Positions 14,101 through 26,829 of a DNA stretch of 62,233 bases are shown one piece after another. Each line of letters opens with the position of its first letter. Positions within the stretch are counted from its first letter, which is position 1. This stretch comes from Aplysia californica (Eukaryota). The notes beneath the pieces were generated by a model, which searched no databases, was not told the origin of the DNA, and worked only from the letters and a program-made list of their open reading frames with translations. Position numbers and translations under genes: made by a program. The stretch lies in contig NW_004797560.1 of the NCBI RefSeq assembly GCF_000002075.1, positions 490,535 through 552,767 on the forward strand. The letters run 5' to 3'.

Positions 14101-17100
14101 AATGAAAACGCTATGCTCGGCGGCAGAGTTCTTTTTTTGACAAGCCCTTTCCATAAACCTTTTGGTTACATTCTGTTTTATTTAGTTTTAGTAAGTGTTT
14201 TATGGCACTTGCAACACAATTAGGTCATATAAGTACCCAAGATCAGAGGTATTATAAAGGAGTAACAAACACAAAACTAGAAGGGGGAGAGATGAGGAAG
14301 ATAGATGATTGATAGCAGAAAAGGAGCAAACCACACTAGAGCACCCACCAACCTCCCACACATTGTGTTTAGTATTCTAACCACAGCAATAGTCTGAGTG
14401 ATTATATTCAAACTTGTTTAATTTGTTTCCACTTTACATTCTCTTCCACTCTGAACCGACCTCAATTCCTTAGTTCACTTAATAGCAAAGGGGAATTAAC
14501 AGTAGAAGCCGCTTATACTGCCAAACATAAAAACTGAAAACCTGGCTAAATCAAAGAAAATCTGGCGGTCCAACTTATTATAGTTTAAGCAGACACCAAG
14601 AAGGTATTCCGCTGTATATCACTTTGAATAGATCTTGGCTCTAAAACTTCTGAGGGCTCAATTCCTCAAATATTTATTTCCCTTTTTTTCCTTCTGGCAC
14701 AAGAGCAGCGGAATCTTAACTCATGTTTAGTCAAACATTGTTCACCATGCATCTGAAGGTAACATTTTGTAAAGAATAAATTTTTCTGCGTACACAACTG
14801 AAAACATATTATGGTCCAGAGCTCCAAATACAGTCGAACCTGCTTTAAAGGCCACTTGTCCTTAACAATCACTTGTGCAAATGACAAATTACACACCTAC
14901 CCCCCNNNNNNNNNNNNNNNNNNNNNNNNNNNNNNNNNNNNNNNNNNNNNNNNNNNNNNNNNNNNNNNNNNNNNNNNNNNNNNNNNNNNNNNNNNNNNNN
15001 NNNNNNNNNNNNNNNNNNNNNNNNNNNNNNNNNNNNNNNNNNNNNNNNNNNNNNNNNNNNNNNNNNNNNNNNNNNNNNNNNNNNNNNNNNNNNNNNNNNN
15101 NNNNNNNNNNNNNTCCACACAACACACACACAAACATACACACATACAAGACACACACATAGTCACATGGTACAAAGACAGAGGTGTCAATGAGTCTCAA
15201 AACCACGAGCTACAAGAAGCTTCACATCACAGTTCGTTATTCACAGCCACTTCCTTCTTCCTCCACTTCAAACAAAGGGTGAGTAACTCACAACAAACCA
15301 TAGGCTAATCAGTTGTATTTACACATAAATGCAAGTTTAGTTTTTAGTAAGAGTTTTACGGCACTTGAAACACAGTAAGTTCATAGAAGTGCCGAAGATA
15401 AGAGGTGTTACAAGAGAGTATCAAACACAAAAAAAGGAGGAGAGATAAGGACAATAGATGTTAGACAGAAAAGAAGGAGCAAACCACACCAGAGCACCCA
15501 CCAACCACCCACTTACACAGGGTATGCATGCTTCTCACTTATCATTAAGAAAGACTCGTATAACCCTATATTTTCAATCAACAAACAAGAACATATATCA
15601 GTGAAAAATAAAAAACTTCAAAAGAGAAAACTACAGCTTTGTAAGAAAAAAACACTTTTTTTCTTTAAATGCATGGGGGGGGTTACCTGCCTCCCTGTCA
15701 ACACAATCTATATCATTTAGGAAGCAGGTTTCTAAACCTGCCTGTTAAAGCCAACTCATGCTGAGAAAAACTCAACATCCCAGCACAAAGACCGAGAAAC
15801 CCGATCAAACTTACTTTTCTCCCCACTCTGGCATCAAACTTCACAGTTTTCTGTGTGCAAAAAGTGCTTATCTGCAGTAAGCTGACAAATTCCCTTTTTA
15901 TTCAAATTCTTGGCTTCAAATTTTTTTATTTGTTAAATCAAAAGCCTGATCAGTTACCCTAATAGTGTGAAAAAAAAAATTAAAGTGAAACCATGACTAG
16001 TCTTTTTAATATATTAGAATTCAAATTTCCGAAGAGTGCCTTTTTTAAACATTATACTGATAAAAAGCCTCTTTATCTCGAAAATGCTGTGAATAAAAAA
16101 AACTTGGGCGCATTGTCAGCTCATAGTAGTCATGTCCCAATGTCCTAATCACAATGTACTGAGCATCCTCTTCATCTTTTAAATACACATCATCCTAAGA
16201 AAAATGCTGAGCTTGGTTCAAGCCTGAATATACTTCTGTTTTTGATTTAAGTAAACGTTTTACAACACTGGCAACATGATAAAAAAAGGCATACAACAGC
16301 CGAAAATTAAAGACATTACTAGAAAAAGAGGAGAGACATTTGATAGGAAAGAAAGAGTAACCACACTACAGCACTCGCCAACCACCAACACAAATATGCT
16401 ACATATTATTATGTGCCGAAGATTAGATTAACATACAGAGAAAAGGAGGAGGGATTTTTATAGATATCTGAGGGGAAGGAGAAAGCAAAGGAGCAAACCA
16501 AACCCGCAAGCTGGTCAACACCTTTCACTCCTTCCCTTCATCCCCAATACAACAAATCAATACTGTCAACACCTTTCACTCCTTCCCTTCGTCCCCAATA
16601 CAACAAATCAATACTGTCAACACCTTTCACTCCTTCCCTTCATCCCCAATACAACAAATCAATACTGTCAACACCTTTCACTCCTTCCCTTCGTCCCCAA
16701 TACAACAAATCAATACTGTCAACACCTTTCACTCCTTCCCTTCATCCCCAATACAACAAATCAATACTGTCAATACCTTTCACTCCTTCCCTTCATCCCC
16801 AATACAACAAATCAATATTGTCAACACCTTTCACTCCTTCCCTTCATCCCCAATACAACAAATCAATATTGTCAACACCTTTCACTCCTTCCCTTCGTCC
16901 CCAATACAACAAATCAATATTGTCAACACCTTTCACTCCTTCCCTTCATCCCCAATACAACAAATCAATACTGTCAATACCTTTCACTCCTTCCCTTCAT
17001 CCCCAATACAACAAATCAATATTGTCAACACCTTTCACTCCTTCCCTTCGTCCCCAATACAACAAATCAATATTGTCAACACCTTTCACTCCTTCCCTTC

Positions 17101-20100
17101 ATCCCCAATACAACAAATCAATATTGTCAACACCTTTCACTCCTTCCCTTCATCCCCAATACAACAAATCAATATTGTCAATACCTTTCACTCCTTCCCT
17201 TCATCCCCAATACAACAAATCAATATTGTCAATACCTTTCACTCCTTCCCTTCATCCCCAATACAACAAAACATTACTACTGACAAAGCCTCCCCCCCCC
17301 CCCTCAAGCACTGACACACACACAGAACAGTGGACTGACAGACTCACCCCATAGCTTTTGTTGCCCATCTCCTGCCGAACGTGGTGGATGAGATGTCCGT
17401 TGACATACAGCATGTCAGTGGCCAGCCTCGAGTCCATCTGCATCACGTGGTATGGGTAGTTGGCCACGTCTTGCATTTGCTGGAATACCCAGGGAGAAAA
17501 GGATAAAGGATTTATAAAAATACCAACTAAACCTATAGCATATGGATTATTTCGCATATATATAGTAAAACATTCTCTAATGACTTCAAAGGAACCGGCT
17601 CTCTTCTGCCCATTAGGCAATTCTTATCAGGTTGATTTGTTTTGTTTTTTTTATTTTGGGCTGAACGCATTTTAAGATATGAAAAAACACATTTCTAAGA
17701 GAATTTTACTGAAAATCGTTGATCACAAACATAAAAATTGTAAATTTACAGTTTTCAAGGATACTTAAGCTTTGAAAGTCACAAAACTTTGACGACCATT
17801 TTCTCGTTAGATTTACTTCTGGCACCGGATGACCCCCACCTCCTTCAATCACAAACATCTCAACTTCTTCTTTTTTTTTGACATCAAAAGCAAGGCCAAT
17901 AGACTTTACAAGCTTTAATTTGGTAGAAATAACTTCATTATATACCCAAAAATTGATGAGCGCCTGACTCCATCATGCTGCGACACAAACAAGCTGTAAT
18001 AGGCTAATACACAAGCAGTTATAATATATATCTCAAGCTTATACCTGGAGCACGGCTTGAACATCAGGGCCCGGTGCCACTGCCATGACATTTCTGCCGG
18101 CCATGTTGAAAACATCCTTCAGGTGCAGAGCCTCGCAGTTTCCAAAGTTGACCTTTGACACGGCGTACTCGGGGAATGCTTCAGCCACCGCCTGTGCCCC
18201 TGCCTCATTGGTTCGCTTGCCAACACCAACAAAAATCTCTTTGCCTTGGGATAAAAAAAAGATAACCAGTTGAACATATTGTTATGATATTGTAGTTATG
18301 ATAATGTAGTCATGAATTTGCAAAATCAAATTGAAACTACAAAATCTGAATCAACATCAATCTGTAAGTAATAACATTAATCCCCCCCCCCCCCTCCTTC
18401 CATGTCAATTATCTGGGCTGGCAACCGTAGTCGCAGCCCCCTCCTCCCTCCCCAAGGCCACAGTAGTCATGCCCCCAACCATACATAAATCTGACCTAGC
18501 TAGCAATGGAATAGAGTAAAAGCATGAATGAATATATACTAAACAGTCAAGTAAACGTGAAAAAGTTATCATAAAACCTACAAACAATCAAATAATGGAC
18601 GACACTGGCTTGTAGGTAATTCTTTACTTTCATCATTTAACACCACTATAACAGAAAATCAAAAATTTTTAATAATTACGCCATAAACATTTGCCAAAAG
18701 AAAAGGAAACTCACTGAAAACTATAATCCCATTGACTAACTAAATTTGATATGGATGATCTTTTAATTAATTTTAAGTCTTGTAAAAGAACGCCAATTTA
18801 GAAACTTTCTGACATTTGTTGTTGTTGTTGTTGTTTTCGATCCAGCAACAGCTGGGCTCTCGCCCTTCTGTCCAATGCCATGTAGAGATAAGTGCAGGTT
18901 TGCTGCAGTTGCTGTAATGTTCCATAGAGTGTGTTGTCAATGTTAGGTCACGGAGGGAGAAGGGTACTACCTAGCTCTGATGTCATTTAGGGCTGTGCAG
19001 TGGAACAGGTGATGCTCCACTGTCTCATATGCATAGTCACACAAGGGACACATTGGGGGAAGTTCCGGGTTTATTCTGTTCAGGTGGAAGTTGACCTGTT
19101 CTGACATTTAATATTATATGATCTGTTGGTGACATCCACATTAATCATCAATGTTTCTGTCAAAACAGGTAGATATATATACAACTCACCAGTGAACAGA
19201 ACATCTCCACCATCTAGGGTTGCCTTCGCATTTCCAATTTCAACAACATTCATACGCAAATCTCCTTTCAACACTTTCCTGATTTCACCTACCTGAAAAA
19301 CAAAAAAAAAGTCAACATCAGCGACTTAAAAAAAATACACAGAAATACTGAAAAAAATTATGCTGCGTAAAATTAAAACTATAATTAATTAATTCACTTT
19401 ACAGGGGTCACCAGTTCTGTATTAAAATCACAGTTTAATTATAGCAACCACTAACTTTTATTAACAGTTTTAGTCTTAGCCCAGGAAATTTAGAATCGTC
19501 TTGTTCTGATCCATTTCCAGCAGGAGAGTCAAGAGTAAAGAAAAATGTGTAACGACGCTGTGGAATCAGGTCTGTCAATTTTTAGGCACGACATGGTGTT
19601 ATTGGTGTCGCTTTTTAAAGCTTGTTACATTAGCCTTGCTTTTGATATACAAAATACCCATTTATCTTGAATGCAAATCCGAGATATTTGCAATTGAAGG
19701 AGGTCAGGGTTGTCTGGTTTCAGAGGTAAAATTAGTGAGAAAATGGCAGCCAAAGTTTGAAAACTTCCAGAGCTGAGAATCCTTGGAAACTGAAAGTTCA
19801 CATTGTGTGTGCTTTTTTAAATCAATGTTTTTCAGTAGAATACACATACACAATTTAATTGTGTTTTTAAATGTACATAAAAGGGGTTGAGCCTACAAAA
19901 CAAAACAAAATAAATCCATATGGCCCAAAAAATGCCAATTTCTTTGATTTCATTATTTTGGCGAGCGCCTGATTTCACCACGCTGCCTCACAAATAGATT
20001 GCACACAGTGTAACGCTGCAAAACAGCGTCAGTGAAGGGTGGGGTTTCAACTTAAAATATTAAGTTAGTTAATTAAATTAGCTTAGATCAGGGCTCCCCT

Positions 20101-22933
20101 TTAAGCACAAATGTGCGTATTACGCATTAAACCTGCAGATTACACGTTTCAAGTTTTGGTGGTGCGTGAGCTTTACTGTTTATAATTTCATTTCGGAGGT
20201 TTGTATATATGCTTTAAAATGTAGGTGGTGTGCGTCTGGCAGGCATCATTTTGGCCCTTCTCTATCCTGAAGCAGAGTCATTGATTTGACAACGCACTCA
20301 CTCACATGCACGACAGTCATCTTCTGTGTCAGAAAAAGTCGACTAGTCGACTTACTTATTTATCAGCTGCGCGCATTTTCCGGCAACACCGGCCGGCTTC
20401 AGCATAAAAAGCTCAGCCTACATTCTGGTGGCTCACATTTGCCAGTGTCGTGCCGTGAGTTTACCCCTACTGTGAGATTACACCCATCCTTCTTTAACAC
20501 ACTAGTAGTAAACATGAATTGTCTGCCACCGAAAGTGTGGAAAGACTGAAATGTGAACCCTGGGATGGCTCTGAAGAACAATGAATCAGTTTATTTTCCA
20601 CCAAATCTGCCACTCATCCCTGCTTTAAATCTCAAGCATCCCGATTTATCCGATTTGGATCGTGTGTACCCCGATATTTTTTTGGGGGGGGGGGGTTTTA
20701 TCCGCCTGTTGCACCCGATTTTTCTAAAATCTTACTCTGTCTTCTTTTCTGTCGTGGGAAGCACTTCCTTTTAAATTAAACCTTTTGTCAGCAGAAACTC
20801 GGAGCACTATTTTCCTAAAAGTCTATGTCGAATTTTGTACGTTGACTCACCAAAAGTTGAGTTGGATCTTTGCTCAACGTATTATTTCAAAGAGTAACTA
20901 TAATGGAAGTAGTATTGATTCGGCATTCCGACTTTTAAGACATTCTCAAGATCTACTAAATGCCTAAACATGCTTTGTCCGAGTTCTGGTTAGTCGTCAG
21001 TAAAACTTCCAATCGTGCGCTTGCACACGTAACAGGACTTCGGCACGTGAGTTCCACAGGCGTGTGTCGGGGATCGTCCGTTGACGTGGTCAATTTAAGT
21101 TCATGCGCACCGGTTGAAGCGTCTTTCAGGACTTATCCGGGGGGAAGAGGGGGCATGTAAAACACTTGGACTAGGAGAGCTTGACGTGATATTTCAGGAT
21201 TTTTTAAAAACTGATAAAACACACATGCACGCTCAGACACACACACACACTGCGTGTGCACAGACACTCATACACCACACACACGCGCACACAAAGGGAA
21301 TACACGTGGATTTAATAAAATAATGGATACTCCTGGAAATTTTTTCAGTTAACTTGGCAGTGACCTTTTAAGTGATTTGTCGTTGATCTCGATTTTTTTC
21401 ACCAGACTTTTAGATTTCATAGAGTGGCAGGTCTATTTTTCTTGGTGTATTAAACCCCTTTTGGTTTGTCAACTTATATTTATTGTATTTTTGAGGCCCA
21501 ACTGCTCAACCACCACCACTCCCCCCCCCTCCCAATAGATACACAACTCTAATTCTAGTCAATATTACTTATTTATTTCTTAAGTTTTAAATAAAAATCG
21601 TAAGCATTCAATTATAGTCATGGTCACTGAGTCACTCTGTGTGTGTCTGTAAGCTGTGTGAATGTGCATGTATAATGTGAGTTTTACAAGCAAAAAATCT
21701 TACCATAAAATTATGAATTTTACCCTTTAAGTTTCTAAAACAAGAGTGTAAAATACCCCTTAACTTTTTAAGATAGTAAACCAAAGCGGAGTGATTATTC
21801 TCATCCGGGGTGAGGATAAACTGGATATTGTATTCTCACCCGGGGTGAGAATAAAATTGATACTATTCTCACCCGGGGTGAGAATAAAATTGATACTATT
21901 CTCACCCCGGGTGAGAATAAATTGAGATCTAGATCTAGACTCTAGATCTAGATCTAGATTCTACTAGATCTACTCTCACCCCGGGTGAGAATAAACGACG
22001 ACCGTCTACTCTCACCCGTTTTTTTGTTGTTTTGAGCATCATAGGACCCCTGTCACTGAGCGCTCCAGGTGACAAAACTCGCCTCCCTCTCTCACTCCGC
22101 TGAGCGCAGGAGGCAGCGAAAATCGCCAACGGGCGGGCCAGCTCTCGAGAGCGGGAGGCGACTATTGTCGATTTGGGGGAAAACTTATCTTTTGAGCATA
22201 TAGCGTCACTTTTTGAAGCTATTTATTGGTTCTGTTATGGAGAATTTTACTCTTGAATAGTTTTTAAACAACCAATCAAAATTAAGAAATAACGACCGAC
22301 GACAGCCAAACGAAAGGAAGAAGGAACCTCTAAAAGTTGGCCTGAAAAGGGGAGCCCTGCTAGATTCTAGATCTCTAGATTTTTCTAGATTCTAGCTAGA
22401 ATCTAGATCTAGATCTAGATCTAGAATCTAGATATCTAGTAGGGCTATTTTCACTTTGTGACAGTGTGAGTGACAGTCATTGACTCATTTTGTCAAATTT
22501 TGATTTTTGATTCCTTTCACTTTCAGCACCTCTAGATTCTAGACCTAGATCTAGACCACTACATGAACATTTACAGTAAGTACCAGGTACAATAATGAAC
22601 TATGTGAAGGTGTAGATCTAGATCTAGAAATCTAGTAATCTTTAGACTTACTTCTCCTTGTCTTGAACTGTGTCCAGGCCGGGCTATCAACGCCGTGTTT
22701 CCTATGACCACTGCGGTGTCATCCACGAAACAGCAGTCGGGGTAGCTTTCATCTTCGACAAGTTCAATGATGTTGATATCACAATTTTTCAAAACTTCCC
22801 TGATCGTCTCATACTCTTGTCTCGCTTTCTCTACATCAACACCGTTTGGATAATTATCCGACCCAACGCTCCTGTTTTTCAGAGAGTTGGGCACACGGCA
22901 AATAATAGCGAAATTGTAGTGAAACGCCGACAT
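10153..22933 (-). CDS. DDAH: Dimethylarginine dimethylaminohydrolase (DDAH)-family gene, 5 coding exons per isoform, 285 or 300 aa depending on terminal exon
   Basis: Exons 22652-22933 (duplicate 24862-25143), 19190-19292, 18045-18244, 17348-17479, then 12746-12886 or 10153-10338. All introns GT-AG with compatible phases 0,1,0,0. Motifs YPDCCFVDDTAVV, RPGHSSRQGE, LDGGDVLFTGKEIFVG, RTN, LHLK. Confidence 0.92.
11160..11527 (-). mobile_element. Full-length tRNA-derived SINE with L2/CR1-like tail and (TTA)n end
   Basis: A box ggtggccttgtggttag, B box gggttcgaatccc, tail gtaaagcgcatagag...gcgctatacaaatgc(tta)n; partial relatives at about 1058-1156, 30020-30305, 33265-33560, 53530-53690, 55243-55320. 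Confidence 0.85.
11797..11975 (-). repeat. Representative of a high-copy ~170-bp interspersed repeat (SINE or LINE-3'-tail-like); at least 15 copies in the window
   Basis: Consensus gtgggtggttggcgggtgctctggtgtggtttgc...cggcacttatatgaccttattgtgttgcaagtgccgtaaaac...actaaaactaaa with a terminal stem-loop. Copies near 630, 749, 1190, 1420, 10361, 10590, 10826, 11797, 14180, 15337, 16243, 26000, 54448, 55345, 57095, 58219, 60917. Confidence 0.85.
12100..12745. repeat. Degenerate tandem repeat containing copies of the DDAH exon 5a donor site
   Basis: Recurrent gtgac(t/c)tacttc (gaagta[a/g]gtcac on the - strand) and gcctcagtcgacctcac. Confidence 0.75.
12746..12886 (-). CDS. DDAH: DDAH alternative last coding exon 5a (MLDQFIDPDVKRIEVDMKQLTFAGRGISSLPLLCLKLKFYKNIIYG*)
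   Basis: ctcag acceptor, phase 0; aligns by eye to the DDAH C-terminus and to exon 5b; gtaagt donor 2 nt after the stop. The acceptor pyrimidine tract is weaker than that of 5b. Confidence 0.7.
   Translation of the reverse strand: MLDQFIDPDVKRIEVDMKQLTFAGRGISSLPLLCLKLKFYKNIIYG
16514..17270. repeat. 51-bp homogeneous minisatellite, about 15 copies, in DDAH intron 4
   Basis: Unit gtcaacacctttcactccttcccttcatccccaatacaacaaatcaatact. Confidence 0.97.
17348..17479 (-). CDS. DDAH: DDAH coding exon 4
   Basis: ttccag acceptor, QMQDVANYPYHVMQMDSRLATDMLYVNGHLIHHVRQEMGNKSYG, gtgagt donor. Confidence 0.88.
18045..18244 (-). CDS. DDAH: DDAH coding exon 3
   Basis: (G)KEIFVGVGKRTNEAGAQAVAEAFPEYAVSKVNFGNCEALHLKDVFNMAGRNVMAVAPGPDVQAVLQ; aag acceptor, gtataa donor. 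Confidence 0.92.
18816..19080 (-). mobile_element. 3' fragment of a LINE (ORF2 CCHC knuckle plus (CAA)n tail) in DDAH intron 2
   Basis: Minus-strand translation PMCPLCDYAYETVEHHLFHCTALNDIR; ends in acaacaacaacaac. Confidence 0.75.
19190..19292 (-). CDS. DDAH: DDAH coding exon 2
   Basis: ttttcag acceptor, VGEIRKVLKGDLRMNVVEIGNAKATLDGGDVLFT(G), gtgagt donor. Confidence 0.92.
20089..22359. mobile_element. Non-autonomous hAT-like element in DDAH intron 1
   Basis: TIRs cagggctcccctt (20089) and aaggggagccctg (ending 22359; duplicate right end at 24589); flanks gcttagat / ctagattc are only an imperfect TSD; internal palindromic attctcacccggggtgagaat repeats at about 21800-21995. Confidence 0.6.
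22652..22933 (-). CDS. DDAH: DDAH coding exon 1 (copy A)
   Basis: MSAFHYNFAIICRVPNSL...YPDCCFVDDTAVVIGNTALIARPGHSSRQGE followed by a gtaagt donor. Confidence 0.9.
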
Positions 22934-24861
22934 GTTTACTTGCTTTGGGTTCTTCAATCTGCACTTCCGCGTTCGCAGGAGAGTGACTCGTTTTCGCACG
23001 GGAAACGCTCTATTGAAATAAAAATACTGGATTGGACAGGATTTATTTCGAGGATATGGGATTGGCTTCCGATAAGCCTACGTAAAGAGTAAAGAGGGAG
23101 AAGTTAATAGAGCGAGTGGGATTATTGGGATAGTCAGTCATGCGGGTGAACTCTAGTGAACAGTTGAGTGAATAATGAACAGTCATCAAACTGTATAGTA
23201 AACTTGTACCTGGAGAATCTTTGCTTGTTGTACTACACCCTATAATAGCCTAGTCTTCTATTAGTGAGCGCATGTGTGCGTCAAAACTGGAAAATCCGAT
23301 GACAATACCACAGACGGCCAGAGATCTGCTGTTTAGGCGGATAGGTCGCGCGAATGACGAATGGGCAAGGAGTTGCGAATGGGTTGATTAGAAGATGAAA
23401 CGTAATAAATTCCGGATATAGCAGTGAGGCAATGACGCGGATGTCGAAAGAAAGGCGGATACTATGCGATTAGCTAGGCCTAATGGACTAGCAAGCGAAA
23501 AGACTTGAGGCGAGGTCGAGCTTTTATAAAAATGGGATGTAGCATCGTCGAATACAAAATCGTTTAAAATTGCAACTAGCCTACATGTATCTCCCTTGAA
23601 CTTTGAAGATAATACTCTAATAAGGTTGTTTTGGGGCTATTAGAGTTTGTGTGTGTGTGTGCGTGTGTGTGTTTGTGTGTGTGTGTGTGTGTNNNNNNNN
23701 NNNNNNNNNNNNNNNNNNNNNNNNNNNNNNNNNNNNNNNNNNNNNNNNNNNNNNNNNNNNNNNNNNNNNNNNNNNNNNNNNNNNNNNNNNNNCTCTAATT
23801 CTAGTCAATATTACTTATTTATTTCTTAAGTTTTAAATAAAAATCGTAAGCATTCAATTATAGTCATGGTCACTGAGTCACTCTGTGTGTGTCTGTAAGC
23901 TGTGTGAATGTGCACGTATAATGTGAGTTTTACAAGCAAAAAATCTTACCATAAAATTGAATTACCCTTTAAGTTTCTAAAACAAGAGTGTAAAATACCC
24001 CTTAACTTTTTAAGATAGTAAACCAAAGCGGAGTGATTATTCTCATCCGGGGTGAGGATAAACTGGATATTGTATTCTCACCCGGGGTGAGGATAATATT
24101 GTATTCTCACCCGGGGTGAGAATAAAATTGATACTATTCTCACCCCAGGTGAGAATAAATTGAGATCTAGATCTAGACTCTAGATCTAGATCTAGATTCT
24201 ACTAGATCTACTCTCACCCCGGGTGAGAATAAACGACGACCGTCTACTCTCACCCGTTTTTTTGTTGTTTTGAGCATCATAGGACCCCTGTCACTGAGCG
24301 CTCCAGGTGACAAAACTCGCCTCCCTCTCTCACTCCGCTGAGCGCGGGAGGCAGCGAAAATCGCCAACGGGCGGGCCAGCTCTCGAGAGCGGGAGGCGAC
24401 CATTGTCGATTTGGGGGAAAACTTATCTTTTGAGCATATAGCGTCACTTTTTGAAGCTATTTATTGGTTCTGTTATGGAAAATTTTACTCTTGAATGGTT
24501 TTTAAACAACCAATCAAAATAACGACCGACGACAGCCAAACGAAAGGATGAAGGAACCTCTAAAAGTTGGCCTGAAAAGGGGAGCCCTGCTAGATTCTAG
24601 ATCTCTAGATTTTTCTAGATTCTAGCTAGAATCTAGATCTAGATCTAGATCTAGAATCTAGATATCTAGTAGGGCTATTTTCACTTTGTGACAGTGACAG
24701 TCATTGACTCATTTTGTCAAATTTTGATTTTTGATTCCTTTCACTTTCAGCACCTCTAGATTCTAGACCTAGACCACTACATGAACATTTACAGTAAGTA
24801 CCAGGTACAATAATGAACTATGTGAAGGTGTAGATCTAGTATACTTAATCTTTAGACTTAC

Positions 24862-25143
24862 TTCTCCTTGTCTTGAACTGTGTCCAGGCCGGGCTATCAA
24901 CGCCGTGTTTCCTATGACCACTGCGGTGTCATCCACGAAACAGCAGTCGGGGTAGCTTTCATCTTCGACAAGTTCAATGATGTTGATATCACAATTTTTC
25001 AAAACTTCCCTGATCGTCTCATACTCTTGTCTCGCTTTCTCTACATCAACACCGTTTGGATAATTATCCGACCCAACGCTCCTGTTTTTCAGAGAGTTGG
25101 GCACACGGCAAATAATAGCGAAATTGTAGTGAAACGCCGACAT
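24862..25143 (-). CDS. DDAH: DDAH coding exon 1 (copy B, probably the allelic copy)
   Basis: Same translation and donor as copy A; lies inside the 2.2-kb duplication across the N gap at 23693-23792. Confidence 0.8.
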
Positions 25144-25904
25144 GTTTACTTGCTTTGCTTCTTCAATCTGCACTTCCGCGTTCGCAGGAGAGTGACTCGT
25201 TTTCGCACGGGAAATGCTCTATTGAAATAAAAATACTGGATTGGACAGGATTTATTTCGAGGATATGGGATTGGCTTCCGATAAGCCTACGTAAAGAGTA
25301 AAGAGGGAGAAGTTAATAGTTAAAGCGAGTGGGATTATTGGGATAGTCAGTCATGAGGGTGAACACTAGATCTAGTGAACAGTTGAGTGAATAATGAACA
25401 GTCATCAAACTGTATAGTAAACTTGTACCTGGAGAATCTTTGCTTGTTGTAGGCCTACTACACCCTATAATAGCCTAGTCTTCTATTAGTCATAATTAGT
25501 GAGCGCATGTGTGCGTCAAAACTGGAAAATCCGATGACAATACCACAGACGGCCAGAGATCTGCTGTTTATGCGGATAGGTCGCGCGAATGACGAATGGG
25601 CAAGGAGTTTTACAGTCTAAGCTCCTTGCGAATGGGTCGATTAGAAGATGAAACGTAATAAATTCCGGATATAGCAGTGAGGCAATGACGCGAGTGTCGA
25701 AAGAAAGGCGGATACTATGCGATTAGCTAGTGGACTAGCAAGCGAAAAGACTTGAGGCGAGGTCGAGCTTTTATAAAAATGGGACGTAGCATCGTCGAAT
25801 ACAAAATCGTGTAAAATTGCAACTACATGTATCTCCCTTGAACTTTGAAGATAATACTCTAATAAGGTTGTTTTGGGGCTATTAGAGTTTGTGTGTGTGT
25901 GTGC

Positions 25905-25935
<31 letters not shown>

Positions 25936-26590
25936 TGTTTGTGTGTGTGTGTGTGTGTTCTTTTTGTTTTAGTTTAGTTGTGGGGTTGTTGTTTTTTTGT
26001 TGAGTTTTACGGCACTTGCAACACAATACGGTCATATTTTTATAAGTGCCGACGATTAGATGTGTTAGGCTAGTAAAGAAAGGAGCAAAACACACGTTAT
26101 CAGAGCACGTCCACCAAATTAACCACTCACTTTGCTCTGTTTGTTCGTAGTTGTTTGGTTGATTTTGTTGTAAGGGTTTTTCGGGGGGGGGGGGGGGTTT
26201 ATTAATCATCCTTAAAATGTATTTCCTTTTTGTCGGTCCGTCCAGTTATCATGTAAATTATATTATATTATATTATATTATATTATATTATATTATATTA
26301 TATTATATTATATTATATTATATTATATTATATTATATCCCCGCCCTCACCCCCACCGTCTCGTTTTCTTTCTCTAAAAAAAAATAATATATATTTATAC
26401 TTTTTTTTAAAAATCGTACATTATTTGTAGGCGTTGCAGACACTTGCATGTTAACCTTGAAAACTGTAGTACCCGGTATCCTAAAACCACACCATGGAAG
26501 CAAAATGTGTGTGTGGGGGGGGGGGGGGTTGCATACCACAGTAGGCTATGCTCAACTCTGGAATTATTCCGTTCGCTTTGAGAGTGCGAG

Positions 26591-26657
<67 letters not shown>

Positions 26658-26829
26658 TTTTTCATAATTGGTTTTATGCGTACTAAAAAAAAGTAGTAAT
26701 AATATGATTAAATTGTATAGATATATATAACTGCTATTTTCTTACGACAGTGAACAAAAGGAAAAATATTGGCAAAGTGAATGTGGGCGTGAGCATGTAT
26801 ACTTTACTATTACTTTTACTTTTCACCCT

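Larger units (their letters stand above)
21547..25930. repeat. ~2.2-kb tandem duplication (21547-23692 vs 23793-about 25930) across a 100-N gap
   Basis: Colinear near-identical sequence with scattered SNPs and small indels. Confidence 0.92.

Noticed and set aside
16055-16195. Possible third DDAH terminal exon (DDVYLKDEEDAQYIV...*); also 14666-14752 (MHGEQCLTKHEL...*)
   Set aside because: Acceptor-like AG is present but there is no recognisable similarity to the DDAH C-terminus
3135-17270. Regular repeat arrays that might suggest CRISPR
   Set aside because: Head-to-tail tandem units with no unique spacers, no cas genes, and a eukaryotic context
16818-17354. 178-aa repetitive ORF (STPFTPSLHPQYNKSIL)n
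   Set aside because: Translation of a 51-bp intronic minisatellite, antisense to DDAH
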